23,252 nt of DNA from Methanobacterium sp. (GTDB taxonomy: Archaea; Methanobacteriota; Methanobacteria; Methanobacteriales; Methanobacteriaceae): the NCBI GenBank assembly GCA_003166335.1, contig PMWA01000096.1:1-23252 (forward strand), read 5' to 3'. The position numbers were made by a program, and so were the translations under genes. How positions within the stretch are numbered: position 1 is the stretch's first letter; every line of letters begins with the position of its first letter. Below the pieces are notes generated by a model. That model saw only the letters and a list, made by a program, of their open reading frames with translations, was not told the DNA's origin and searched no databases. Below are positions 1 to 10,630 of this stretch, in pieces.

Positions 1-1432
1 TTTTAGAACGTAGTTCCTCTTCTTTAGCAGCTTTTTTAGCCCTCAAATATTTCTGTAGACTTCTGGCGATTTTCATTGTAGCCTGTCTAACTTCGTGTAA
101 TATTTCAGCTTCAGGTGCTACACTCTGTTTTCCAGTTGAAAGATAAGGCACGTTAGTTGAAACTAAATTAACGAATACAGTTATAGGAGCGTTATCAAGG
201 TCCCTTATTCCATAGCGTTTCCAATCTATACTTTTCAATGCTTCGGTTATGGCACAGCTTCCCTGATCAAAAGTTAACGGAACCCGATTGGCGAATCTCA
301 TAATTTCCGCTCGCTTCTGTTCACCTACAATTCTCCCGGATTCTCCTCCGTAAGTGATTCCTGATTCTATTATGAATGCAACTCCTCCTCGGTAGGTTTT
401 AGGATTCCGTGTATTGGTGGCCACAAATTCCGGGGTTAAAATTTCCCGCATACCCTTTTCAATCTGTTCCTTGCCTATAGGTATTAAACCTGAAGTTGGT
501 GGTGCCATGAAATCCATTTTGGAAAAGAGTTCCACTATTTTCTCTGCTTCCTCCCACTTCATGTCTTTGGGTCGTTTATCTAAATCTATTCCAGTTGCTT
601 CTTGAATTTCATTTACTCTTTTAGTGGACATTCTAGAGAGGGAGGTGGTAAGAAGACTTCTGAATCTCCTTTTATCGGTATGTTTAGCCATGAATATTAA
701 ATCATCAGCGGTTACGCCACGTGGATGGGGCAGAACCTCCTTAGGTAATGGTGGGATTATGTCTGTGGCTCTTTCAAAGATGTATTTATGTCCAGTTGGA
801 TCTCGGAATCTGATCTTAGCGTGTGGATTGGCGATCACGGTTCTTCTAATATATTCAAACGCTCCTTGTTCACTTAGGGAATATGAAACATCCTTGAAGT
901 GTAATTCTATAGAAACTCCACTTGACTGTACTTCAACCTCTTGTTGGCTTAATATCAGTCCTTGGTTCTTTTTGACATCCATTTTGAATGTCATTTCAAT
1001 TCCCTTAAGTTTTTCACCTTCATGGTAGCCTGAAATCACTTTAGCCGGTTTACCTGTGGTCATCTGGGAAAGTAATACACATCCACTGCATCCTAAACCT
1101 TGCTGACCTCTTGATTGGATGTTACGAAATTTAGAGCCAGCGAACATGGTACAATATACTTTGGTTATAAATGCTTCAGGAATTCCCGGCCCGTTATCTG
1201 AATGTTTTAAAATATAATGGTCTTTACCCACTCTTTTAAGGTCTATAGTTATTTCTGGCCTTATTCCAGCTTCTTCAGCTGCGTCTAGACTGTTAGTTAT
1301 GAGTTCATGGAAAACCATGGTTAGGGATCTTATTTTTCCAGAGAATCCCAGCATCTGCTTGTTTCTCCTGAAAAATTCCGATGCCGTGAGTTCTTTAAAC
1401 TCTTCAAAAAGTTCTGCTGCTTCTCTCTCCAA
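1..1432 (-). CDS. top6B: DNA topoisomerase VI subunit B (3' end runs off the window)
   Basis: Translated by hand; not in the ORF track because there is no stop in the window. TTG start at 1432 after SD AAGGAGG (1439-1445). Reads [56 protein letters not shown]..., with GHKL ATPase motifs [16 protein letters not shown] and [12 protein letters not shown] typical of Top6B. Confidence 0.96.
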   Translation of the reverse strand, partial: MEREAAELFEEFKELTASEFFRRNKQMLGFSGKIRSLTMVFHELITNSLDAAEEAGIRPEITIDLKRVGKDHYILKHSDNGPGIPEAFITKVYCTMFAGSKFRNIQSRGQQGLGCSGCVLLSQMTTGKPAKVISGYHEGEKLKGIEMTFKMDVKKNQGLILSQQEVEVQSSGVSIELHFKDVSYSLSEQGAFEYIRRTVIANPHAKIRFRDPTGHKYIFERATDIIPPLPKEVLPHPRGVTADDLIFMAKHTDKRRFRSLLTTSLSRMSTKRVNEIQEATGIDLDKRPKDMKWEEAEKIVELFSKMDFMAPPTSGLIPIGKEQIEKGMREILTPEFVATNTRNPKTYRGGVAFIIESGITYGGESGRIVGEQKRAEIMRFANRVPLTFDQGSCAITEALKSIDWKRYGIRDLDNAPITVFVNLVSTNVPYLSTGKQSVAPEAEILHEVRQATMKIARSLQKYLRAKKAAKEEELRSK

Positions 1433-1568
1433 ATTAAGCCTCCTTTATAATGGTTTGTTTTAATTTATAATTTTTTTATAAGTATAAAAAAATTTAGGTA
1501 ATTTAAAATTATTAAATAATTTACATTCAAATTAAATATCTAAATTTTATGGGATATAAAGAAATTTT

Positions 1569-2132
1569 TTATTTCTTGGCTATTTCTTTGAATTCTTTAA
1601 TCCTTAATTCACGGGTTTTTTTCTCTAGAAATCCATAAACGCTTTTATGTCTTGCACCATGTAAAATCATATCTACAGCTTCCTTAGCTATCTGTATGTG
1701 ATCTAGATTACCAATGAGAGATACAGTTTTACCATAAATAGAGATATCAACTCCCGTCATTTCAGTTATGATATCTCTGGTTCTACCATCTTTACCAATT
1801 ATTCTTCCTTTCTGTCTTAAAATAGCCTTTTTTGATTTACCTACATAGTCTGGGAGATTAATTATATCCAATATCATCTCGTCTGAGGTGAGCTTCATTG
1901 CAACTTCTGGATTGAAACCTCTACCTATAGCTTTCACGATAAATTTAGTCTTCCATACAGATAAGGGGTCTTCTGACTCTTCCAGGGGCTCTATTGATAT
2001 GCTGCCGCTTTCACTGTCCACATCTATTTTAGTTTGAGTTGTTTTTTCAATTTCTTTCTTGGCTATACCATGTTTTCCAATTAAAATCGGTACCCTTTCA
2101 CGGGGGATTTTTATATATTCTATATTAATCAT
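1569..2132 (-). CDS. KH-domain pre-rRNA processing protein (Dim2/PNO1 family)
   Basis: Two KH GxxG loops ([13 protein letters not shown]), AIGRGF and HGARHKSVY motifs, GGTGA SD, and the usual position between RIO1 and top6B in archaea. Confidence 0.92.
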   Translation of the reverse strand: MINIEYIKIPRERVPILIGKHGIAKKEIEKTTQTKIDVDSESGSISIEPLEESEDPLSVWKTKFIVKAIGRGFNPEVAMKLTSDEMILDIINLPDYVGKSKKAILRQKGRIIGKDGRTRDIITEMTGVDISIYGKTVSLIGNLDHIQIAKEAVDMILHGARHKSVYGFLEKKTRELRIKEFKEIAKK

Positions 2133-2233
2133 TTTTTCACCTTAATCTGGGAAGTTATGGCTCATGATGTAGCATGATTGTAATATTTATAATTATATTT
2201 TAAAATATTCTTTATAATATACTTTTCTAATCC

Positions 2234-3001
2234 TCAAGAATCCATAATTTCACTTTTTATTTCATCTTCAGATATATGAACTCCTAATTTTTTAAAAGCT
2301 AGTGTCAAATTGAGGATATCCCTGTTTAAAAGCTCTAGTGAGAATGGATGGTCCAATACTACACCTTGGGATATATCAATAATGACCGGTTCATCATCCT
2401 TAATTAAAATATTGTAGTTTGATAAATCTCCATGAACAAGTTTAGCATCATTATAAAGAATTTTTACATAATTTACCAGTGTTGTTAAAAGTTTATCTGG
2501 ATCGGAGATGTAAGCATCTTTCATAATTGAAGCAGGATTTCCTTCTTCATCTCCTATAAATTCCATTACTAATATGTTGTTTTTGGCAACTATTGGTCGA
2601 GGAACCCTCACTCCATGTTCACGGGCTCTTTTAAGATTTCTAAATTCCTTGTTAACCCATGCATTAACTATTTGGCGCTTATTAGTGGTTCTAACTTTAA
2701 ATCGTGGGTCGCCCTGTATATAATTTTGCATTTTTTTAAAATCTGAGGTAGTAATACGGTATATTTTCACTGCCACAAAGTTACCATTCTCATCTAAACC
2801 TTTAAAAACATTAGCTTCTTTTCCAGTGCTGATGGCGCCATTTAAAATATGAATATAACCATGATTTGCCAGTGTATAAAGGGTTTCCAAGGTTTTTTTA
2901 TCAAATACTTCGCTTCCCACTCTTCTATCAGCATCACTTTTTATTCGTTTTTCTGATAATATCTTTCTAAGTTCTTCATCTGCCTTAGATATTTTCGACA
3001 T
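2234..3001 (-). CDS. rio1: RIO1 family serine kinase (ribosome biogenesis)
   Basis: [11 protein letters not shown]-loop, [24 protein letters not shown] catalytic loop and IIDISQ. Confidence 0.95.
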   Translation of the reverse strand: MSKISKADEELRKILSEKRIKSDADRRVGSEVFDKKTLETLYTLANHGYIHILNGAISTGKEANVFKGLDENGNFVAVKIYRITTSDFKKMQNYIQGDPRFKVRTTNKRQIVNAWVNKEFRNLKRAREHGVRVPRPIVAKNNILVMEFIGDEEGNPASIMKDAYISDPDKLLTTLVNYVKILYNDAKLVHGDLSNYNILIKDDEPVIIDISQGVVLDHPFSLELLNRDILNLTLAFKKLGVHISEDEIKSEIMDS

Positions 3002-3173
3002 TTATTAATCTCCAGAAGAGAACTTGAAAAGAAGTTTAAAAGTAAAAGGGGGATTTATGGATATAAAAATTTCTTAAAAAAATCTTTTAGTTTCCCTTAA
3101 ATTAACCAATTATTTACAAACAGCAGAATATTTAATTTAAAAAAAAAATTTTGCTTTGAGTAAAAATTTTGCT

Positions 3174-3479
3174 TTATAATTTAAGGTAACCTCGACGTTC
3201 TAACCAGTTAGATTCCGTTCTGGTGTATCTCCATATAACATCTGCTTTTTCATCACTCTGGAAATCCCATGGTTTTACTAAAACCACGTCCCCTTCCCTT
3301 ATCCATATTCTTTTTTTCATTTTTCCAGGTATCCTGGTAAGCCTTACTATACCATCAGCACATCTTACTTTGAGCTTGCCATGACCCATGATTTGTTCCA
3401 CCACACCGGGTATTTCACCCCGACGAGGTGTTCTAACTCTTCTTAATTCCTGAGTTGGTTGACTTGATCCTCTACTCAA
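3174..3479 (-). CDS. eif1a: translation initiation factor 1A (aIF-1A/eIF-1A)
   Basis: VRCADG...RIPGKMKKRIWIREGDVVLVKPWDFQ...ADVIWRY signature. TTG start with SD GGAGGAG (3485-3491). Confidence 0.96.
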   Translation of the reverse strand: MSRGSSQPTQELRRVRTPRRGEIPGVVEQIMGHGKLKVRCADGIVRLTRIPGKMKKRIWIREGDVVLVKPWDFQSDEKADVIWRYTRTESNWLERRGYLKL

Positions 3480-3861
3480 ATACTCTCCTCCTATCTTATC
3501 TAAAATTTATTAAATTATCATAAATTAGTCTTATTTAAAAAATATGTCTATCATAAATTAAAATATTCTGGTTCTTCATTCCGGTAATTCGTTTCATAAT
3601 GGAATATTATAAATCCAGATGATTCAAAAATATCTAATTGGACATATGAATATTAACTGAACATTTAAGTTCCTTATTTATATAGTATTTTGATATATAT
3701 AAAAAGAAGTATTTTTTATCCAACAAATACATGAAATTTAGGAACTAAATCACTAATCAATTTTAAATAATAAGATTTTAAAGCTTATTGTTCTTCATGA
3801 TGCACGTTTACTACCATTTTTTTAGTAATAATTATTTTAAATCAAATGAGATAGTGATGAA

Positions 3862-5094
3862 ATGGGAAATGAATTCTTGAACATAATGAATCCTGAAGAT
3901 GTGAAAAAAATCATTTCAACTCTTCCATTCAACAAAAAAGTCGAAAAATTAGCCATAGAGAATGCTTACCAGAGAGTTCTCTCAGAAAATATATATGCAA
4001 CTATTAATTTACCTCCATTCAAAAGAGCAGCCATGGACGGCTACGCAGTAAAGGCTAAAGATACTTTCAGAGCATCAGAAGATAAACCAACTTCTTTAAA
4101 ACTTTTAGAAGTGACAATGGCAGGTGAAGTCTCACAAAACAAAGTAGAAGAAGGAACATGTATTGAAGTAAGCACCGGTGCACCCATACCTGAAGGTGCT
4201 GATGCAGTAATCATGATAGAATTTGCTGAAAAAAAAGATGAAGATATTCTTATACTTGACAGTGTAACTTTAGGAGCCAATATCGCAGGTGAAGGTTCAG
4301 ATGTAAAGAAAGGAGAACTTTTACTGTCGGAGGGAGAATTCATAACACCCGATAAAATCGGCGTTTTAAGTGCCATTGGTCTCTCAAAAATCCCAGTTTA
4401 CGTTAAACCACAAGTAGCAGTAATTTCCACTGGAAATGAAATAATAAAACTTGACGAGAAGATGGAATACGGGAAAATATACGATATAAACTCGTATACC
4501 CTATACAATGCTGTAAAATCCTGTGGATGTCAGCCTATACATTCTGAGATAGTAAAAGATGATTTTGAATCCTTAAAAAATAAAATTATAGAATTTAAAG
4601 ATGCAGATATTATTATAACATCTGGTGGAACTTCAGCTGGGGCTGGAGACGTGTTAAGAATGGTTTTAGATGAGATAGGTGAAGTCTTAGTTCACGGCAT
4701 AGCAGTTAAACCAGGGAAACCAACCATAGTAGGCTTAATCAAAGATGAAAATGAAGGCCAAATCATATTTGGTCTACCAGGGTACCCGGTATCAGCATTA
4801 ATGATTTTTCATGTGTTCATCGCTCCGTTTTTGAGGAAAATTTCATCTTTAAATGGTGTAGATGAGGAAAATAATACGATAAAACTTAAACTATCCAGAA
4901 GATTTAGACCCGCTCGTGGAAGAAAACAATATGTTTTAGTCAAAATACAGGAAAATCAGGCGCATCCAATTTTAAAAGATTCAGGTGCTATAACCGCTCT
5001 TTCTGAAGCTGATGGATATTTTGAGGTACCTAAAAACGTGGAGATACTGGAAGAGGGTTCAAATGTGACAGTAATGCCTCTTTATTTTAAATAA
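3862..5094 (+). CDS. moeA: molybdopterin molybdenumtransferase MoeA
   Basis: PPFKRAAMDGYAV, STGAPIPEGADAV, STGNE, SGGTSAG, AVKPGKP and GLPGYP motifs; 410 aa with no C-terminal binding-protein fusion. Confidence 0.95.
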   Translation: MGNEFLNIMNPEDVKKIISTLPFNKKVEKLAIENAYQRVLSENIYATINLPPFKRAAMDGYAVKAKDTFRASEDKPTSLKLLEVTMAGEVSQNKVEEGTCIEVSTGAPIPEGADAVIMIEFAEKKDEDILILDSVTLGANIAGEGSDVKKGELLLSEGEFITPDKIGVLSAIGLSKIPVYVKPQVAVISTGNEIIKLDEKMEYGKIYDINSYTLYNAVKSCGCQPIHSEIVKDDFESLKNKIIEFKDADIIITSGGTSAGAGDVLRMVLDEIGEVLVHGIAVKPGKPTIVGLIKDENEGQIIFGLPGYPVSALMIFHVFIAPFLRKISSLNGVDEENNTIKLKLSRRFRPARGRKQYVLVKIQENQAHPILKDSGAITALSEADGYFEVPKNVEILEEGSNVTVMPLYFK

Positions 5095-5348
5095 ATCTTA
5101 AACTTCATTTATAATCTAAGTTGAATTTCAGTAACTGTTTAAACTGTTATATCTCAATAATTTTTTATTTAAATTTAAATTAAAAAATTTTATCAATGAA
5201 TACGTATTCTCCACTTCATAACTCCTTTCGTGGAAATAATCTCACTTTAAACGGCTTCATTATAATACCATAAGTATATATTTAGAATCTGCTTGATGAT
5301 CATTCATTGTGATAAAAATATTTTTATTAAAATGTGGAGAGATTTTAA

Positions 5349-6002
5349 ATGACTGAAATGGAGAATACCCCGCAACCTAGGGAAAAAGTTTTATTTGATA
5401 CTAGACCCAGATTTACAATAACTTTGAGTTCAACTTTCATTAAATTCTTCGTTTTAATTGTATTATTATATTTATTTACTACTATATTAGCTTCTGTGGC
5501 GTCAGTGCAAAATTTCCTGGTTAACTATGTGAGATTGCCTCTAGTGGAGTCAGTCAGTTATTTAATAGTCATATTAATATTTGTACTTTTTTTGTGGATT
5601 CTTTGGGATATTATTTCATGGAGAGCAATCCATTACATGTTAACGACAGATAGAGTGTTGGTTGAAAGGGGAGTATTAAGGAAAAAAAAGGTTTACATGC
5701 ACTATGAGAAAATTCAGGATGTTGATATATCTCAGGGGATAATGGAAAGAATTTTCAAGGCGGGAGACATTGAAATATGGGGTGGCCATGACCGCACTCA
5801 GTTGATAATGGAACATGTGCCCAACCCTGCCCAGGTAGATAATACTATAAATCGACTGATCCAAGGCGATGATGTTGGATTCAGGAAATATAAAAGATCT
5901 GAAGATCGTAAATCTGTGATTAAGGATTATGACAAAAAATTTAAACCGTCTGAAGATCGTAAATCTGTGATTAAGGATTATGACAAAAAATTTAAACAAT
6001 AA
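5349..6002 (+). CDS. membrane-anchored bacterial-PH-domain (bPH_2/YdbS-like) protein
   Basis: Two hydrophobic helices, then YMLTTDRVLVERGVL...YEKIQDVDISQGIMERIFKAGDIEI, a pattern typical of bPH_2. GGAGA SD at 5336-5340. Confidence 0.8.
   Translation: MTEMENTPQPREKVLFDTRPRFTITLSSTFIKFFVLIVLLYLFTTILASVASVQNFLVNYVRLPLVESVSYLIVILIFVLFLWILWDIISWRAIHYMLTTDRVLVERGVLRKKKVYMHYEKIQDVDISQGIMERIFKAGDIEIWGGHDRTQLIMEHVPNPAQVDNTINRLIQGDDVGFRKYKRSEDRKSVIKDYDKKFKPSEDRKSVIKDYDKKFKQ
5898..5997 (+). repeat. perfect 49-bp tandem direct repeat, period 51 bp (in frame)
   Basis: TCTGAAGATCGTAAATCTGTGATTAAGGATTATGACAAAAAATTTAAAC at 5898-5946 and 5949-5997, separated by CG; encodes SEDRKSVIKDYDKKFK twice. Confidence 0.98.
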
Positions 6003-6017
6003 ATCAGAATTAAAATA

Positions 6018-6026
6018 TTTTTTTTT
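6018..6026 (+). terminator. oligo-T tract, probable archaeal terminator of the PH-domain gene
   Basis: T9 run starting 16 nt after the stop, in the short gap between convergent genes. Confidence 0.45.
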
Positions 6027-7977
6027 AGGGGATTAAATTGGATAAAGCTAGTGAAATAACACTAGCAAATGCTTCAATTAAATGTCTTTGTTCAGTGGTT
6101 ATGTTCACGTCTGAAGATAATGCCATAATACCCATAATTTTTTCCTGAGCTTTTAATGGAATATGGAACCATTTAGAAGATGATAATGTTTCAGTTCCGC
6201 ATCCTGCAGCCTGTCCATGTTGAAAAACCCAAGTTGCTACACCATTTTCATGCTTGTCAAAATCTCTTTTAGTTCCAAAACGTGAGACTACCTCCAAATT
6301 ATTATTATCATCATTAGGTAGAAGTATTAATACATCATAATTAAATGATTCTGATATATATCTGGTGCTTTTTTCTAAAATATCATCTAAATCATGTGAA
6401 GTTAACAGGTCTTTACTTAAATCATATAAAGATGATATAAAAGTTTCACGTTGCCTTGTATATTCAACCTGTTTCTTAACGGTATCTGCCAATAAACTGG
6501 TTATAATTCCAACTATAAATAACACTAGAAATGTAGGAATGAGACGTACATCACTAAAACTGAATGAAAAATATGGTTGAACAAAGAAGAAGTCAAAAGA
6601 AGCTACGGCCAGTAATGAGGTCAAGATACCTGCTTTCCTACCCGCTATTAAGCTGGTTATAACTACGGGTATAATGAATATCATAGGTATATTTACTGCT
6701 TCCACAAAGGGACTTATCAAAAAGCAGATGACCACAGTAATGCCAATGCTTAAAAAACTCAGACCATACGGTTTCCAATCATATTTAACCGTATTTAAAT
6801 CCATTCTTAAACTTTCTGGTGGTTCTCTCTTTTTATCCTCATTTTCCACTACAAGTATTTGAGCATCACTTTTACTGATAACCTGATTAATTACAGAACC
6901 TGCTATAAACTCTTGCAAGCGAGATCTCTGTGAATGACCCATTAAAATGAGTGTTATATTTTTGGAGGATGCAAATGATACTATCTCATCAGCTATAGAA
7001 CCAGTTAAACGAAAAACCTTACCTTCAAGTTCTTCTGTAAGTTCCAGATTTTTTTCAAGTTGAATAGATTCTTCTCGTTTCATTGTGAATCCGTAGGATG
7101 GTTCAACATACACTGCGAACCATTCTGAATTAAAACGATCAGCTAATCTATTTGCAATACGAATAAGCCTCATAGAAGAAATACTAGGACTGACACATAC
7201 CATGATGCGGTTGCTGGTTTCCCAAGGCCCTAGAATATTGTCTTTTTTCAGATAACGATCCATATCATAATCAACATGTATTGTGGCGTAACGTAGAGCA
7301 AGTTCTCTTAATGCTACTAGATTTCTTTTTTTAAAAAAACTTTTAATAGCTTGTTCAGCTTTCTCTGGGATGTAAACTTTTCCTTCATTCATCCTCTCGA
7401 TTAATTCATCTATAGGTATGTCAACAAGCTCTATTTTATCTGCAATTTCAATAATTCTATCTGGAACTGTTTCTTTAACTTCAACACCTGTTATTTGCTG
7501 AACAATGTCATTTATACTTTCAATATGCTGTATGTTTAATGTGGTGTAAACTTTTATACCGGCATTAATCAATTCCTCCACATCATGATACCGCTTCAAA
7601 TGCCTTGCACCAGGAACATTGTTATGTGCGAGTTCATCCACTAAAACAAATTCAGGTTTTCTTTTCAAAATCGCGTCTAAATCTAATTCTTCCAGTATAA
7701 TACCCTTATAATTTATTTCCTGTCGAGGAATAATTTCTAAATCTTTAAGAAGAATTTCTGTTTCTTTTCTACCATGAGTTTCAACTAACCCAACAACAAC
7801 ATCTTTTTTTCTATCTTGTAAAACACGAGCTTCACTGAGCATCCTATAAGTTTTACCAACACCGGCAACATATCCTAAAAAAATTTTTAAATAACCCTTA
7901 TAATCCTCTCCACCTTCTTCTCCTTTTATTAAACGCAGTAGTTCATCAGGGTCAGGTCTTTTAGGTTCGTCTGTCAT
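6025..7977 (-). CDS. kdpD: KdpD-family sensor lacking the histidine-kinase module (N-terminal KdpD domain + Usp + TM + GAF)
   Basis: RPDPDELL start, Walker A GYVAGVGKT, Walker B VLVDELAH, TTLNIQHIESIND, ALRELALR, Usp segment (IMVCVSPS...WFAVYV), TM helices including ASFDFFFVQPYFSF, and GAF segment AGCGTETL. It ends at ...EQRHLIEAFASVISLALSNLIP with no SHDLRTPL H-box and no N/G1/G2 boxes. Confidence 0.92.
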   Translation of the reverse strand: MTDEPKRPDPDELLRLIKGEEGGEDYKGYLKIFLGYVAGVGKTYRMLSEARVLQDRKKDVVVGLVETHGRKETEILLKDLEIIPRQEINYKGIILEELDLDAILKRKPEFVLVDELAHNNVPGARHLKRYHDVEELINAGIKVYTTLNIQHIESINDIVQQITGVEVKETVPDRIIEIADKIELVDIPIDELIERMNEGKVYIPEKAEQAIKSFFKKRNLVALRELALRYATIHVDYDMDRYLKKDNILGPWETSNRIMVCVSPSISSMRLIRIANRLADRFNSEWFAVYVEPSYGFTMKREESIQLEKNLELTEELEGKVFRLTGSIADEIVSFASSKNITLILMGHSQRSRLQEFIAGSVINQVISKSDAQILVVENEDKKREPPESLRMDLNTVKYDWKPYGLSFLSIGITVVICFLISPFVEAVNIPMIFIIPVVITSLIAGRKAGILTSLLAVASFDFFFVQPYFSFSFSDVRLIPTFLVLFIVGIITSLLADTVKKQVEYTRQRETFISSLYDLSKDLLTSHDLDDILEKSTRYISESFNYDVLILLPNDDNNNLEVVSRFGTKRDFDKHENGVATWVFQHGQAAGCGTETLSSSKWFHIPLKAQEKIMGIMALSSDVNITTEQRHLIEAFASVISLALSNLIP

Positions 7978-8004
7978 TTTTATAGTAGTTATTCATATTA
8001 TTTT

Positions 8005-8562
8005 TCATTTATTAAGTTTATCTAACGCTATATTAAGCTTTAACACGTTAACTATGGGATTTCCAAGTAATTGATATTCTTCATTTTCAACTACAATTTC
8101 CCTAACTTCTGATTGACTTATATTCCTAGCTTGCGCAATTCTTGGAATCTGAATCATGGCTGAACTCGCGTATATATCACTGTCCAATCCACTAGATGAT
8201 GCTTCAACTAAATCTGAAGGAACAGTAGCGTTTGCAGGTAAATAATTTTCTTGTATTATCTGCTGCATATTTGCGCTTACATTACCTATCTCAGCCTGAC
8301 TGTCGGGGCCTAAATTAGTGCCACCGGATGTGCTAGCATTATAATCTACATAAGAAGGTCTGCCTTGGAAATACTGAGGACTGGAAAAGTTCTGTCCAAT
8401 AAGTTGAGAACCTATAATCATGCCATTTTCCTTAATTAACTCTCCGTTAGCTTGGCTAGGGAATGCTACTTGTGCTATTCCCGTGATTACTAAGGGATAA
8501 ATTATACCAAATATTATGGTGAATACCGCAAATATTATAATGGCATTCTTGATTTCACTCAT
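8005..8562 (-). CDS. kdpC: K+-transporting ATPase subunit C
   Basis: N-terminal TM with [49 protein letters not shown] and [11 protein letters not shown]. Its start overlaps the kdpB stop (ATGA). Confidence 0.95.
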   Translation of the reverse strand: MSEIKNAIIIFAVFTIIFGIIYPLVITGIAQVAFPSQANGELIKENGMIIGSQLIGQNFSSPQYFQGRPSYVDYNASTSGGTNLGPDSQAEIGNVSANMQQIIQENYLPANATVPSDLVEASSSGLDSDIYASSAMIQIPRIAQARNISQSEVREIVVENEEYQLLGNPIVNVLKLNIALDKLNK

Positions 8563-10610
8563 ATTTTAACCCCCAAACCTAAAAAGGTAATTACAATGTC
8601 AATGGCTTTTATACCAATAAATGGTATGATTAAACCTCCAACACCATATATCATAATGTTTAAACCCAAAAGCCTTGAAACTGAAGAAGTTGCACGGAAT
8701 TTAACACCACTCAGAGAGAGAGGAATCAAAAAAGGTATTACAATAGCGTTAAAGATAACCGCTGAGAGAACAGCACTAGCAGGACTACTGAGTTGCATAA
8801 TATTTAAAACACCAATTTGAGGATAAACACTTGCAAATATGGCTGGTACAATGGCAAAGTATTTGGCAACATCGTTCGCAACACTGAATGTGGTTAATGC
8901 TCCTCTAGTTATGAGTATTTCTTTACCAATTTCAACTATGTCCAATAATTTTGATGGTGATGAATCTAAATCAACCATATTAGCTGCTTCTCTTGCCGCC
9001 GCTGTACCGGCGCTCATGGCAACCGCTACATCGGCTTGAGCAAGTGCTGGAGCATCATTAGTTCCATCCCCGATCATAGCTACTAGATATTGTTGATCAC
9101 CTGTTTGATAGTCGCGTATCATCTGTAACTTTGTTTCAGGCTTAGCTTCAGCACTGAAATCATCAACACCTGCTTCTGCAGCTATAGATGCGGCTGTAAG
9201 TGGATTATCACCAGTTATCATAATGGATTTAATACCCATATGTCTCAACTGGAGTAATCTTTTCTTAATACCTTGTTTTACAATATCTTTTAATCTTATA
9301 ACTCCTAATACTTGAGTATTAGAAGCAACAACTAGGGGTGTATCTCCTTTAACTGCTATTTCATCGACAATATTCTTTATTTCTGCAGGTACACTTCCAC
9401 CGTTATTTGTTACGAATTTTTCTATGGCATTGGTTGATCCTTTCCTAATTTTTTTTAAGCCAGCATCAACTCCACTCATACATGTTTCCGGTGTGAATGG
9501 AACAAATACGGATTCTTTCGAAGGATGTATATCTTTTCCCTGCACTTTCAACTCTTTTTTCCCTAGTTTAACTATGCTACGCCCTTCAGGGGTTTCATCG
9601 GCTAAGGATGACATTAAGGAAGCTTCTATCAACTCTTTTGCATCTACTCCTTCTGCGGGAATGAATTCTGTAGCCATCCTATTTCCTAAGGTGATAGTAC
9701 CGGTTTTATCCAGTAAAACTACACTAACATCCCCTGCTGCTTCTACAGCCCTTCCACTTAAAGCTATGACGTTGTGTTGTAATAATCGGTCCATACCTGC
9801 AATACCAATGGCAGGTAGAAGCGCTCCGATGGTGGTGGGCATAAGACATACTAGAAGAGCTATTAAAATAGCTATAGGAATGGTTATTCCCATGTAATCT
9901 GAAAATGCTGATAAAGTGATGACCACGGTTAGGAATATCACAGTTAAACCAAGAAGCAGTATTTCAAGAGCTCTTTCATTGGGTGTCTTCTGTCTTTTGG
10001 CGCTTTCAACCATACTTATCATGTTGTCAAGGAATGTTTCACCGGGATTTACACTTATCCTTACTTTTATTGTTCCTGAAAGTAATTTTGTACCACCAGT
10101 CACTCCACTTTTATCTCCACCTGATTCTCTTATGACTGGGGCTGACTCGCCTGTGATGGCTGATTCATCAACCAGTGCTGTTCCTTCTATTATATCCCCA
10201 TCACTGGGTATGATTTCATTTTCTTTAATTAGAACACAATCATTTCTTTGGAGGGTAAGGGCAGAGACGTTTTCTATGCTTCCATCCTTAAGAATCTTAT
10301 TGGCAGGTGCTTCTGCTCTAGTACGTTTAAGCGATTCTGCACGGGCTTTACCCTGACTTTCAGCTATAGCCTCCGCGAAATTAGCGAATAAAACTGTGAA
10401 CCATAACCATATTGAAATTTGTAAGTCAAATATAAAGCTTACACCCGTATAAATGTTAAAGATAGTGAGTATAGTTGTTATTAAAGCACCTATTTCTACT
10501 ATGAACATTACAGGATTTCTGATGAGCGTTATCGGGTTTAATCTGATGATTGACCCTTTTAATGAATTTAATATAATCTTCCTTTGAAATATGCTAGTTT
10601 CGATTTTCAT
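8559..10610 (-). CDS. kdpB: K+-transporting P-type ATPase subunit B
   Basis: TGES (Ser156), PTTIG, DKTGT phosphorylation site (Asp301), [17 protein letters not shown] and ANDVAKYF are all intact. SD AGGAGGTGA. Confidence 0.98.
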   Translation of the reverse strand: MKIETSIFQRKIILNSLKGSIIRLNPITLIRNPVMFIVEIGALITTILTIFNIYTGVSFIFDLQISIWLWFTVLFANFAEAIAESQGKARAESLKRTRAEAPANKILKDGSIENVSALTLQRNDCVLIKENEIIPSDGDIIEGTALVDESAITGESAPVIRESGGDKSGVTGGTKLLSGTIKVRISVNPGETFLDNMISMVESAKRQKTPNERALEILLLGLTVIFLTVVITLSAFSDYMGITIPIAILIALLVCLMPTTIGALLPAIGIAGMDRLLQHNVIALSGRAVEAAGDVSVVLLDKTGTITLGNRMATEFIPAEGVDAKELIEASLMSSLADETPEGRSIVKLGKKELKVQGKDIHPSKESVFVPFTPETCMSGVDAGLKKIRKGSTNAIEKFVTNNGGSVPAEIKNIVDEIAVKGDTPLVVASNTQVLGVIRLKDIVKQGIKKRLLQLRHMGIKSIMITGDNPLTAASIAAEAGVDDFSAEAKPETKLQMIRDYQTGDQQYLVAMIGDGTNDAPALAQADVAVAMSAGTAAAREAANMVDLDSSPSKLLDIVEIGKEILITRGALTTFSVANDVAKYFAIVPAIFASVYPQIGVLNIMQLSSPASAVLSAVIFNAIVIPFLIPLSLSGVKFRATSSVSRLLGLNIMIYGVGGLIIPFIGIKAIDIVITFLGLGVKI

Positions 10611-10630
10611 GTTTTATTCACCTCCTATGA

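Noticed and set aside
414..1028. Plus-strand ORFs 414-605 and 624-1028
   Set aside because: Antisense shadows of top6B, which has clear family motifs on the minus strand.
5898..5997. CRISPR mini-array or att site
   Set aside because: Only two copies with a 2-nt gap and no spacer, in frame within a CDS, and no cas gene or integrase nearby.
4041..6862. ORFs 4041-4376(-), 5676-5999(-), 6365-6580(+) and 6674-6862(+)
   Set aside because: Antisense to moeA, the PH-domain gene and kdpD, with no motifs. The repeat in 5676-5999 only mirrors the 49-bp duplication.
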